DNA of 63,930 nt, counting the filler, from Octopus bimaculoides (taxonomy: Eukaryota), in assembly GCF_001194135.2 (NCBI RefSeq). It is 5 parts of 5 records of this genome, joined end to end, with 100 filler letters (N's around TTAATTAATTAA, not from the genome) between each part and the next. Parts side by side here need not be neighbours in the genome. Positions count along the whole stretch, not along the records: positions 1 to 26,883 come from NC_069002.1; 4 more parts are not named here. One strand, given 5' to 3'. This document shows positions 11,766 to 23,733 of this stretch, in pieces. Numbering within the stretch: the first letter of the stretch is position 1; every line of letters begins with the position of its first letter. The notes under the pieces were generated by a model. The model was not told where the DNA came from, did not search any database, and worked only from the letters and a program-made list of their open reading frames with translations. The position numbers and the translations under genes are program-made.

Positions 11766-13796
11766 ATTTCTTTATTAGCCACACAAGGATCAACACAGAT
11801 GGGACAAATACAATGTAGAGTTTTTCTTTTCGAGGGGACGAAAATAAAGTAAAAACAAAATGGGGATAACGATCAAAAGGCATCGAAAAACGTTTGGGAT
11901 ATGTACAAAAAAAAATTATACAAAAACTTCCCAAGAAATGAGGAGGTTATCCGTGGAAAGAAAAACCAACGAAAAGACCACGGTAACCTCGGGCATTAAT
12001 GTCACAAATTGAAAAAGAATTTTTATTTACGAAAGAAACGTAAGTAACTCTCTGCTTATAAAGTTTACGCTTCTATAGAATCATGTTCAAAGTGGATTCG
12101 TCATTCATACGTGCCATTCTTGCTACATGTATCCATCTTTTTTCGAACATTTATACAACAAATGTTGACTATGATTCTATTGAAATATGTGCTTTAAAGC
12201 GCAAAACGAAAGTAACAGAGAGTTACTTCGAAAGTTCAGTTGTTTTCTCCTTTGATTTTTCTTTAAGGAGGCTACTGTAAAGTTTTTTGGCTAAATATTT
12301 TTGGCATCCGCCTACCACGTTGGGGTAGAGGGATTTTAAAGTGTAGTGTAATGTTGGCGTGATGTGATATATTTGTATGTGATTAGGTGGCGTCGTGTAT
12401 GGGTGGTTGTTTGTTTTGATGTTGTTTTCTGTTATGTTTGTTTTTGCATTTATGTAGTTCATTAATTGTGTGTTTGTAGTGTCTATTGCTGTGAGCATGT
12501 TTGCTGTATGTGTTTTTGTGGTGTTGATGTTGTTTGTGGTATGTTTGGAGACGATGTTTTCGGGAGATGTATATCTCCCTGCCTTGTTGGTGTTTGCATT
12601 TGGCTTGGTTCTTTTTTTACTTCTTTTCCTCCTTCCTTTTCTGGCTATTTGCCACTCCTCACTACTTTCGTCCTCGGACGAGAGTTCTGAGGAATCGGAA
12701 GGGGGTAAGGGCATGTTGTGTGCTTGTGTGTTTGTTTGTTGAAGTGGGTGTGTTGTTGATGGTTGTTGATTATCTGCTTGTGGTGTATGTGATGTGGGGG
12801 AAGGGGAATCAGTTTTTGTATTGTCTTCTGCTTTTACTGTTTCCTTAGTTCTTGTAGTTGTTGTTTGTGTTTTTTCGGGTACATTTGTTGGTGTAGGCGG
12901 GTTTGGTTTGTGAGTTTCCTCTGTCTTGCTCCCTTTTCTCGTCCTTTGTGTTGATAGTATTGTAGTAGGGGTCCTTTTATGACTGTTTTTCCTTCTTGTG
13001 GTTGTTGGTTATCTGTTGCTGTTGAGCAATCTTTTTTGAGGTACCCTTCGATGCCGCACAGGTAGCATCGAGGCCATGTACCTTCTACCACAACGCAGAG
13101 GGTGTGGCCGTCTGGCAGCTCAATTTGAGTTGGAATTTTTTCTATTTCTTCATTTTTAGTTTGTAAGAAGGCATCGATTTTTTTCCCATTCCAGTTTTCC
13201 TGCTCTAATGCAGTAATTTCCAGAATGTTCAGGTCTCCCTCCATGTGATAACAAATAGCTGATAACAACCATTGTGGTTCCACTTCTGGAGTGACATTTT
13301 TTATTGATACCCTGGTTACACTTTGTCCAAGGTACGTGGGGACCAATATTATATGCTCGGAACGAAGAGTCACCGTGGACAGCTCCATCGCTTTCTCTTC
13401 GCTGTTAAACCGAACTTGTATGGTGGCGAACTTGTTCCACCAGTTTCTGTACGTCTTGTGGGCCCATATGGGATACAAGTATTTTTCAATGATTTCTGTT
13501 GCTGGTTGCTCTGGTTTTCGTGTTATGTTCAAACTTTTGTATATGATGGTTGTTTTTTGTACATTATGGATGATTTTTTCGGGTATTTTTAATTTCAGTT
13601 TTGGTCCTTGTTGACTTAATAATGCTTTGTTTCTTGTATTTCTTTTGTTGTGAAGTGCAAAATCGTTTTTTTTTTGTCTGAGTGCATCAGCAAAGTTTTT
13701 TTTTGTCGCTGGTGGTGGTGGTGTCGGCAGGTGGGGAGACTACTGGAGTAGCAGAGACTTTGGTCGAGGTTGGTCTTGATACACTGCTGTTGTTGA

Positions 13797-13827
<31 letters not shown>

Positions 13828-13830
13828 GGT
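11760..13830 (-). mobile_element. L1/Tx1-like unit B: ORF1 + ORF2 C-terminal tip + 3'UTR with AATAAA; no EN or RT
   Basis: ORF1 pieces 13687-13830, 12834-13532 (CYLCGIEGYLKKDC knuckle) and 12223-12714; then MFEKRWIHVARMARMNDESTLNMIL* at 12075-12152; 3'UTR 11766-12070. Confidence 0.8.
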
Positions 13831-13834
13831 GGAT

Positions 13835-14175
13835 CGTAGGAAAGAAAAAAAGGGGGGGAGTTCTATCAAAAGGGATCGAGAAAAAAAAGCAATCAATAGG
13901 GATCGTGTATCACAGCAATGTTCTTGTGTAAAAAGGAGGGACAGTTTAGGTTTAGCCATGGAAAGAAAAGCTTACGGAAAAGACCACGGTAACCATAATA
14001 GTAAGTGACTCTCTGGTGCCTTTTTGTTTTTTTTTCTTGATTTGTTTACTCCTTTATAGGGTTATGCTCAATGTGGCTCCGTCATTCACACGTGCCATCC
14101 TTGCTACATTCACCCATCTTTTTTTGAAGCATTCACGAGACAAGACTTCCCTTTCTGCTCTCACCTTCCTGCTGC
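13835..14175 (-). mobile_element. L1/Tx1-like unit A: 5'-truncated ORF2 C-terminus + 3'UTR
   Basis: RKVRAEREVLSRECFKKRWVNVARMARVNDGATLSITL*, followed by a UTR homologous to unit B (GGTTACCGTGGTCTTTTC; TTTTTCTCGATCCCTTTTGAT). Confidence 0.75.
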
Positions 14176-14350
14176 TGCTGCTGCCGCCGTTGCTGCTTTT
14201 GTTGCAGTTTCGAGTAAAAAGTAGTTGGATGTTCGATCGCACCGGTCGGTACATTGACGGAATCCTATCTGCTGCAGCCTCAGCTAGACCAATACCTTGT
14301 CGGCAAAATTTGGTAGTTGAGAGTATGCATAAATACATAGTGTGTAAGTG

Positions 14351-14401
<51 letters not shown>

Positions 14402-14439
14402 CATAAACTCGGTAACTAGATGCTCCATACTTCACAACG

Positions 14440-16000
14440 TACGTCATAATTAATATTAGCTCGGTAATTTTTCGGTAAAATCACACAAAAACATATTCAG
14501 AGATAATCTGAAATATCTGACGCTTCGACATAACGTTTCAACGGAAATAATCAATTTCTGAAACAAGATATAAACGAAACATATGGACCTTAATTCGTAA
14601 CAAGTCTTCCTTTACAGAACAATCTATTTCAAGAATTCTATCTCTCATCGGGTGGTGTATACTAATCAGAATCTTTCCGTGAACACCACTCTAAGGCTGT
14701 GGATGATCTAAGGTTAGAAATATAAAAATGCCTGGGTCGGATAAATATCTAGCTTATCTGCTACGAAAGACATTTTTGAATCACATGTACCCTATTACTA
14801 TACTGCTTTAGCTACGGCTGGTTACTGAGAGAAAATTCAATACATACAAGACACCGATATACACAACGCCACCAATTCCTCCATTAATGATATACATTAC
14901 ATACCAACACAACGTTACAGTAAGCGAATACAGATCGAAAATACAAATCAAAACGAATTAGTCAAGGCAATAAACTACAAACCAAAATTCATTGACACAC
15001 ACAACACAATCATACAACTGCTCATAACACAATAAATTGTCCCACCCTTGTACAACATACCAGAACAAATAAGCCAAAGGACAAATATAAGAATCATGAT
15101 GTCCTCTGGTTCAATTCAATTCACGGTTCATATGTTTCAACGAAGGTCGGTGGGGAATTTTTGCCAATTTAGACAAATGTTTCCCGAAATCAAATAGATA
15201 CCATACTATTTTTAATAGACACACTGTGAAGGCATCATACGCTAACTCTATTAATTTAGAGCAGCATATGCACAGCATTAATAACAGTAAAATGAACCAA
15301 CTGTTGAATAACCCACCTACTGGAACTATAACTTATGACGGGCGAACTATTTCCGGCTCGACAAATAGAAAAGACAGCAAATATATACAACAAAATGTTT
15401 AGAAAGGAAATACCAACCAGAATGAAAAACACCAGCTGCGGCCAGATCGTGATAGTAGCAATAAGAGTGATATAGCCAACACGGCAACAGCACCACAGAA
15501 TTAAATCAGCACTGCCACAAATATAACTAAATCTAATATATGCTCATGCAGAGAAAGAAATAAATGCCCATTAATGAACCTCTGTATGAGTACTAATCTT
15601 ATATATAAGTGCAACGCACACACAAAGGGAGGACTGTACGTTGACATTGGGCAACGGTTGATTCGTTCAAGAACCGTTATCGAAACCATGTCAAGAGAAT
15701 CAACAAGAGGCATTCCACATCTTTGGCTGATTTTTTATGGCTACTTAAGGAGTGTAAGATCAAATATAATCTACTTTAGTCCATAATAAGACATGCATAC
15801 CTGTACAATATCCTTTCCAGGAGATGCAGATTCTGCTCCGAGGAATCGCTGTCTATTTTGTGGACCAATAAGAAGATCATTTATAGGACTTCTGAAAGAC
15901 TTTCAAAATGCTCGCATGCTTATAAATGCACTTTCACACAATGCAGCGAGAAAGAATTTGAGTAATCATAAACCAAATTAATAACCACAGTTTACCTAAA
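14440..16000 (+). mobile_element. Penelope-like element, 3' part (RT thumb, linker, GIY-YIG endonuclease), decayed
   Basis: ISSLSATKDIFESHVPYYYTALATAGY near 14740-14825; LWFN..LDKCFPKSNRYHTIFNRHTVKASY near 15100-15245; CSCRERNKCPLMNLC from 15541; IG.ATVDSFKNRYRNH..STSLADFLWLLKE..RRCRFCSEESLSIL..SERLSKCSH to about 15920. Confidence 0.85.
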
Positions 16001-16973
16001 TGTATGAATGAATTAACCGCAACCTCTCCATTCTTATAGACACAATACCACAATAGTTACCAACATCACTGGGATACCTCTTGGCCATTGTATAACGATT
16101 AATGTGATATAAATACTTTCAGCCTCTCGATAAGCATCATTCACCGTTAGATGAAAACGCCGATAAAAACTACGCTTATCTACACTGGTGACCCTAACGT
16201 TGGCATTAATACTTCCTATAGGCTATAAGGTTATTTCATTAGCTATACATACAAAATATGCACATCTACTATATCTGTTTTTGCGTACATATTCATCACT
16301 CTACAAGCGCTATAAGTATATCAGCCAAACCTAGTGGACCCTTCCACAGAATCTGTGACTCCTCACCAGGTTGAATCGTCTCACTAGTCACTTTTAGGCA
16401 CTGGCTTTATTAATATCTATTTAATTCGTTAGGTGAACTTGTGTGCGCCAAACCACGCGTGCGCGTATGCTTATATCTTTGTGTAAGTTTGTACGAGCGA
16501 GTGTACGTGCGCCAGACAACATAAGCGAGGTCGTTTCTACATCCATATCTACTAAAGGTTATATTTAATACTTTTTCGCTGTATTGTGTATTTGTTTGTT
16601 ATTATTTTTTTGGTTCTGATATCTGTTATTGATCTTCTATAATAATGAAGCTGTATCCCTTAATTTGCTGCTTTTCTATACACATACCGAGAAGAAATCT
16701 AGCGGAATAGACGTTATTTTAACGCGGTACATATTGTAATCACCTGAGGAGACACATCTATACCGACGGATACACCTAAACCGGATGTTCAGTATTCCAC
16801 CCGTGAGGGATCGATGCCGGATATATCGAACAATTATAGTGATCAAAAAAGATTCTCGTATCTTCCGTCTCTCACATTAATTAAATACCCAACGAACACT
16901 GAGAAAACGAACTTGCTTTTCTGGTAAACTACCAGGTGTATACCATACGATTTATTAACGAATAATAGAAATT

Positions 16974-17056
<83 letters not shown>

Positions 17057-17276
17057 NNNNNNNNNNNNNNNNNNNNNNNNNNNNNNNNNNNNNNNNNNNN
17101 NNNNNNNNNNNNNNNNNNNNNNNNNNNNNNNNNNNNNNNNNNNNNNNNNNNNNNNNNNNNNNNNNNNNNNNNNNNNNNNNNNNNNNNNNNNNNNNNNNNN
17201 NNNNNNNNNNNNNNNNNNNNNNNNNNNNNNNNNNNNNNNNNNNNNNNNNNNNNATATATATATATATATATATATA

Positions 17277-18523
17277 CAGGATGCGTAAGGTATTTGAGGA
17301 CATACCCTTTTGGAGTCATATCGCTGCATTTTTGCTAACTTTGTACAATCTTTGTTTCAGAAAATAATAGAGGCAGACCCATAGCTTACTCAAGAAATGA
17401 AGAGTCGTGTTGTCATTGTGGTTATAAAGGCTGAGTATAGCGATTTAGAAATATTTCGATTTTTAAAAGTTGTCAGATCTTTTGTCTACAAAGTTTGTAA
17501 GGAGTTAGAGACTGAAGATGGAAATGTATTACCAGTATCAAAGCATAAAAAGCATTCTAGACGCTCTGAAATCATCAGAACACCTGAATTTATCCAGCAA
17601 GTTCAACAGGTCATTGATTACAATCTCAGAAAGTCCATGAGGTCAATTGCAAAAGATCTCCACGTGTCAGAAGAAACAGTCAGAAATGTTATCCACGAAG
17701 ACATCAGATATAACTTTTCTTTGATGAGAAAAGGGTAATTTGTCAGAAAAAGCAAAAGAAAATCACTATATCAGATCTAAAAGGCTCTTAAACAAACTGA
17801 AAAATCCAGCAAATGAAGATCTGATTTGGTTTTTCTCAAACGAGAAAAACTTTGACCAAGATCAAAATGTTAACAGAAGAAATGATAGATGGTTATGTGC
17901 AGATCCTTCTAAAGTTCCAAGTGTTATGCGTACAAAATTTCCTGCAACTGTCATAGTTTCAGGTGTTGTCAGCAATGAAGGACATGTGATGCCTCTTTAC
18001 TTCTTTCTACAAGGTCTTAGAATTAATTCTACCGTCTAGATTGAGGTCCTGGAAATAATTATTAAGCCCTGGATAGACAGTGTATGCAATGAAAGACCAT
18101 ATGTATTTCAGTAAGACTCTGCACTATCACACATGGCTCTAGTAATACAGGAATGGATGGCTGAAAATTTTCATGGTCACATAACCCCTAATATTTGGCC
18201 TCCTAATTCCCCAGATTTCAATACATGTAGAGCGTTGTTGAGAGAGAGGTCAATGAACTCGCCCATAACACCAAAGATTGTTTGATAGCTGCCATAGTCA
18301 GAGTAATGTCCAAAATGAACCAGGACCACTTGATTCGAGCATGTAGAGGATTTAGATCTCATATAGAAGCAGTTGTTGAAGCTGAAGGTAGCTTTATTGA
18401 ATAACATTATAGAAAAGGTTTATTTTTATCCTCAAATCATTTTTGATAAATAAAGTGTTATTATCTGTTATTATATATATTTTTATAAATATAAATCTGT
18501 CCTCAAATATCTTACGCACTCTG
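17277..18523 (+). mobile_element. Full-length DD37D (maT)-like Tc1/mariner transposon with pseudogenised transposase
   Basis: 26-bp TIRs CAGGATGCGTAAGGTATTTGAGGACA / TGTCCTCAAATATCTTACGCACTCTG (3 mismatches) flanked by TA; ORFs 17397-17738 (HTH) and 17740-18039 with FFSNEKNF (first catalytic D to N), *DSA, WPPNSPD. Confidence 0.92.
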
Positions 18524-18544
18524 TATATAAAATGAGCCACTTCA

Positions 18545-19085
18545 CTGAGAAGATAGTACATGGGTACTTGGCATGTAAAACAAAAACCATCGAAGGAATC
18601 GATCATGTCAAGAGCTTGACATAGAATTCCAAGTTTATGACATCTCACTTTTAAGGATATCTCCATGCAAATCAAGAACAAAACATCCTCACCAAATACC
18701 TACAGTATACAAGCAGGAACCATTGACTGATGACAAACATAGATTGTGCAAGACTAAGACTGAAGACCTCAACCACATTATTACCCACTGCGAGAAAATG
18801 TCTTTCAGGTATTATTTTGTATGGGTACCTGATGCAGTGGCCAGAACAGTCTGGAACACGAGGACAAAAAAAAACCCTACAGACGAAGGTGACTATATTG
18901 AGATCGACGAGTCAAGAAAATATTGGTGAAACTTGAAAATTAAAACAATCACAAGTGAAAACAAAACCGGCCAGATATTGTTGTATAAGACCATAAAGGA
19001 GACATAGTTCTGTCGTGGAAATCAGTTGCCCTTAAGACATCAACGTGGCTAGAAAAATACAAAAGGACATATCTGAAAATATATG
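18545..19085 (+). mobile_element. R4/Dong-like REL LINE fragment (zinc knuckle + restriction-like endonuclease)
   Basis: HRLCKTKTEDLNHIITHCEKMSFRYY..DAVARTVW, then YW*NLKIKT..RPDIVV..VVEISCP*DIN (PD-E motif). Confidence 0.75.
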
Positions 19086-19124
19086 AGTTCATGCCCATGC
19101 AAGGTAATCACTGCTCTTTTTCCT

Positions 19125-19500
19125 CTGTTGCAGATGTTTCTGTGTCACAATATGTGCTTCATATGACATCAATACAGATTTGAGGCCATGGTCACCATCT
19201 TTGCATCGGAACTATATCCTGTCTACATCTTCATTTATGTTGAAGTTTCCTGTAGCACTCAACAACTTGCAAGCATGAATATCAATCTCATTGAGTTTTT
19301 GTTGTGACCAATTCAGAAGGCCAAACATAGGTGTGAGGACAGACACTGCAAAGGTGTTGAGGGTGATATGCTTGGTGAAAGGTGGGAGTTCTAATCAACC
19401 ATATTCTCTTTACTCTCCTAAGGTATTCATTCCTGATCTTCTCTTTATTTATGGGTCTATCATATCTGATATTTTCATCCTGTCTAAGATACTTCTAATT
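19125..19500 (-). mobile_element. R4/Dong-like LINE RT-thumb fragment
   Basis: KEKIRNEYLRRVKRIW..HITLNTFAVSVLTPMFGLLNWSQQKLNEID..GNFNINEDVDRI..DGDHGLKS..YEAHIV. Confidence 0.75.
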
Positions 19501-19573
19501 ATCACCTAACTGTAGAGGTATCGTCAGGCCGTTCATGCATGTATGTATGTGTATGAGTGCATGCATGTGTGTA

Positions 19574-19646
<73 letters not shown>

Positions 19647-22247
19647 ACCTTTGCCGATCTAGGTGTACGAATAATTGAAACATCAGTGTTATCGATGAAA
19701 ACATTGAAAAGTAGAGCTATTTCAGCCTGATCCCTTGTTATATTTACTCTGCATTAAATTGCACAGGAAACTCCCCTTATCAATCTCGCATAAATAATCC
19801 ACAATGAATGTCTCCCCCATTATTGTTGGTTTTGTCTTTCAGTTATTTGATGTCATTTGATGTTACTGCGAAATTAAATCTTTTATTTAACTTGTATATT
19901 TCAGAATATCTTTGAATAAAATATAGGAAAGTGTTTCTTTACTGCCTCTTCGGGGTTTATTAATGGATCACCGTTGATATTCAACAGAGACATTGTACAG
20001 TGATATAATTAATTATGCAAGGCAGCTGCCGCTTGAAACACTAAGTAGCACCTGGCTATTTTATACAATATAAATTTAATTGTAATCAAATGTCTTGATT
20101 CGGTTGTACTTAATAGGCAATGATTAGTTTGTCCTTTCAGGGCGTTCCTTCCTGTTGCTATTAAAGATTCATTAGTTTTCTTCCAAATCCAGCCCAGCAC
20201 ATCTCTTCTCTCATACTCCTCCACTCACAAATATATATTTTTTTACAGAAACCCGTCAATATTTATCTACTGCTACTAACTTCGTTTCTCTCTTCTTGTT
20301 GCGTATGGCCAACGTATTACGGCCCATTTCCACCCTCTACGACAAGAAACCAATAAAATACTCATTAGCTAGTTCCGACATTCTCACCATGACATTTTTA
20401 AAGAATATTCGTAAAACGTTTGTTTACTTTGTTCTATATGTTTGTTTTCTCTCTTGAGAAGGATTTCGACTGAAACGCAGTGTCGTCTTAAGGCATAGAC
20501 ACACCGCACAGTTGGCCGCGTGACTCTAGGGGCTAAAGGCCCAGTTTTGATCGTTGTGTATTGTCACAGAGAGTCCATGAATAAATACTTTAGGGCCCAG
20601 TGCATTAACTTAACCAGGGGCCTGTAAATTCTAAGAGGTTTTACCTTTTACTAAATTTTACAGAATTTTACCTTTTGCCATTGATTCTGTTTATTAACTT
20701 TCCATAGTCGTGACAAACAGATTCCTAGTAACAATCCAGTGGTTCTGGATTTGATCACATTGCATGATACAAGCAACGGTCGTCTGCCATAGTTTCGATT
20801 TGATTCGAGTATTGTCAATAGAATTGAGGAGATCATTGGTTTTGAAACTAATGAATAACAAACCGCAACCCCGTAAAATATTAATAGAATTTTTATCTTT
20901 TTCCCTGTTTATTAATGAGAGAACGAAACAAAGATTGCGTCCATACAATTTTTCTTTTCTTCTTCAGAGTTGTGCTTGTTCGCGAGTGAGCAGGTTACAG
21001 ACCATGCGACAAAAATTTCTGCACCGAACAACAAATGATTAAGCAAAGATAAATAGTTTCTGTGTGTTTTTAAATGTTTAAAATAAGCCTTTCGCGCTAT
21101 AATTACTTTTTTTTTCTTTATCATAGTATTAGGCAGCTTTAACAATTTTGAAGTACAATATACATAGTAGAAGCGAAAGTAAAATACACTCACAAATCTT
21201 TAAAATACAACTCTATAAGAAACACTGGGATAGATAGAAACTGTACCGACGTCCTTCAGAAGGACTCTACTCGGCATTGAGTGGTGGATTTTATCCATCG
21301 TATATTCTAATACCTTCACTTCTCCTATGAGAACCTTTGGTTGAGGCCATATCGTTGTAAACATTTGTACAGGTCTCTTGTCGGACGATCTAGAGACGGT
21401 GTTTCTTACTACAGTAATCGATGGCAGATTGGTTTCTTTATCACTTTACTCAACCAATCGCAGACGTCCTACAAAACGTTATGAGGTCGGTGAGCCGCTC
21501 TTTCTCCTCTAAGAAAATTCTTCTGCTTCGACAAGCAGTGATAGATAAATCTGAAATACAGTTTTGTAATTCAGAAAAAGAAAAGCGGTGCGTGTGACTT
21601 TGCTCAAGTTTTCCAGGACTTGTGGCAAGGTGGAAGGATATTATCTTTTAGCAAGAGACCAGGTCTTAATTCTCGCAACAGAATGGTCTCTGCGAAAGGT
21701 ACGAAACTTGAGGGAACATGAACTGAACTGTAAGAGTTAAGAATTTCTGTCACAAGTCACAGGTCAGTGGAAAGAGATTAGAGATTAGAGGTCGCATCAT
21801 AGTGTCATCGATAGGACATGAACCATAAACTCTTCCCGCAATGTCAAATGTATCAACTCGCCAAACTTCGAGTTTCTTAATCAGCTTCCAATCAAAAGAC
21901 ACCTTTGTTTCAATTCTCTTCTCATTTAATTATTCAGGTGAATGGAAATTGTTTCATAAAACATACAAACATCCCCTTTTATTTTGTTTAGTTAAACATT
22001 TTTTGAGGTTTTGTTTACTTTGCATTTTTCATTTTTCTTTTCTTTTCCTTTTTTTGTTTTCAATTTTACTTCATCGTCAATTTCTCTCTCACAACTTTTT
22101 CACTATAGTTTTGTTCTTTTCTTTGATACTTTATCTTCTCAACATATTTTTACTGTCTTTCATGTTATTCTTTCATAATTCATCGAATGCTATTCTGCAT
22201 GCGTGTGCACATATACATACATACATACATACAAAAATACATATATG

Positions 22248-22295
<48 letters not shown>

Positions 22296-23059
22296 TGTGT
22301 ATGTGTGTGTATGTGTGTGTGTGCGTGTATGTATGTATGTATGTATGTATGTGTTATTTTGTTTCGTTTCAAGTTACCCACTTGTTTTTTTTTTTTAACC
22401 ATTTGCGCCATTTGCACAACTTCCAGACCGTTTGTTTATTAAAAAACGAAACTTTGCTTCAGTAAATCCCCAGAAGGGAAATTTGGTTCTGCAAATTTTC
22501 AAGTTCTCTGTTATTAGTTTTCATACCATTTATTCATATAGTTGTTGTTGTTGTTGTAGTTACTATTGCTGCTTTTTTTTCACATTATTGTTGTCGTTAT
22601 TGTTGTTATTTAGTAAAAAAAAAAACAAAGAGAACCTAAAAAGAACATAAAAGCTGATATTGTTTAACATCACTTATTTTGTGTCGCTGTATGAGCGTAG
22701 AACTGTGAAGCTTTATATCGTTGTGTCCCTCTGTCTGTAATTTGGAGTTAACGTGCTTCACTGATTGGCTGTTATACGTGTTGTGTTTGTAATTTAACAT
22801 GTATTTTAGCATGTATAAATATCGAAACAGGGACAATTCTATTCTCAGCGCATGCTTCACTTCAGTATGAGGACGTTTTAAGTTGGTCTACCGTGTTTCT
22901 CGATCTTTTGTTTTCTTCTGTCTGTTGCGCATCTGTCTATCTATTTGTACTAGTTCACTACTTGTGTTATTTAAACCTGTTTGTCTCTCCCTATGCATGT
23001 TTTCTTTGAATTCTATTTAAGATATTTCAAGCCGGCCACTAACAGAGAGTTCCCGTTGC

Positions 23060-23215
23060 TTGTAAATATATGCTTGAGTTGATATGTTGGCTGACTATCG
23101 ATCCATACACCCAAATATGTGCATCTATTCATGTAAGAATCTCAGACGGAAAATTTGGGGAATGTCTTACAAATTGTCCCTGAGCCGCCAATAGATTGGA
23201 TTTGGAAAATACATG
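23060..23215 (-). mobile_element. REL LINE C-terminal remnant
   Basis: FQIQSIGGSGTICKTFPKFSV*, homologous to the 23290 and 55730 copies. Confidence 0.55.
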
Positions 23216-23289
23216 TGCGTATATATGTACGTGTGTGTATGTATGTATGTATGTATGTATGTATGTATGTATGTATGTATGTATGTATG

Positions 23290-23665
23290 TCATTATTCAG
23301 TTTTACTTCAAGATTTCTTGCCAATAGAGAAAGAGTCAGTTTCTAACCTAGATACAAGGCTCCTTCATTAGAATTTCAACACTATGAACAGGGTATTTTT
23401 TGCATGCATGTATGTATACGTGCAGATTTGGATGTTTTGTTTTATGTATGTATTTTCAAGCATATAGTTGCGTATCTAGACATGCCCATATATACTTAAA
23501 TGATAACCTTCTGGAAAGTTTTACAGATTATTACAGTTCCAGTAATGGCTTGAATCTGTAGTCTTCGAATCACCTTTCTCCTTTCTGGTTTTGAGAAGCC
23601 TAATTTCTGAAGATCGGTATTTAGGCAGTCTGTTATATATCCCAGGGCCCCAATAATTACAGGTA
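23290..23665 (-). mobile_element. 5'-truncated REL LINE (R4-like) with 3'UTR, flanked both sides by (TATG)n
   Basis: IPVIIGALGYITDCL..LGFSKPERRKVIRRLQIQAITGTVIICKTFQKVII*; UTR ends GCAAGAAATCTTGAAGTAAAACTGAATAATGA then (CATA)n. Confidence 0.8.
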
Positions 23666-23733
23666 TGTATGTATGTATGTATGTATGTATGTATGTATGT
23701 ATGTATGTATGTATGCATGCATGTATGTTTGTA

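Noticed and set aside
12223-12345. Endonuclease N-terminus (TLKSLYPNVVG resembling LNVRG) at the end of the unit B ORF
   Set aside because: Similarity is too short and weak to call an APE domain.
15541-15925. Possible selenocysteine recoding in the Penelope-like element
   Set aside because: The conserved Cys positions read are TGC/TGT; stops elsewhere look like decay.
20440-20480. Hammerhead-like TTGAGAAGG..GAAACG
   Set aside because: Core and stem II too degenerate to support.
20651-21193. Cluster of short ORFs, possibly transposase or protease
   Set aside because: No recognisable catalytic motif in a consistent frame.
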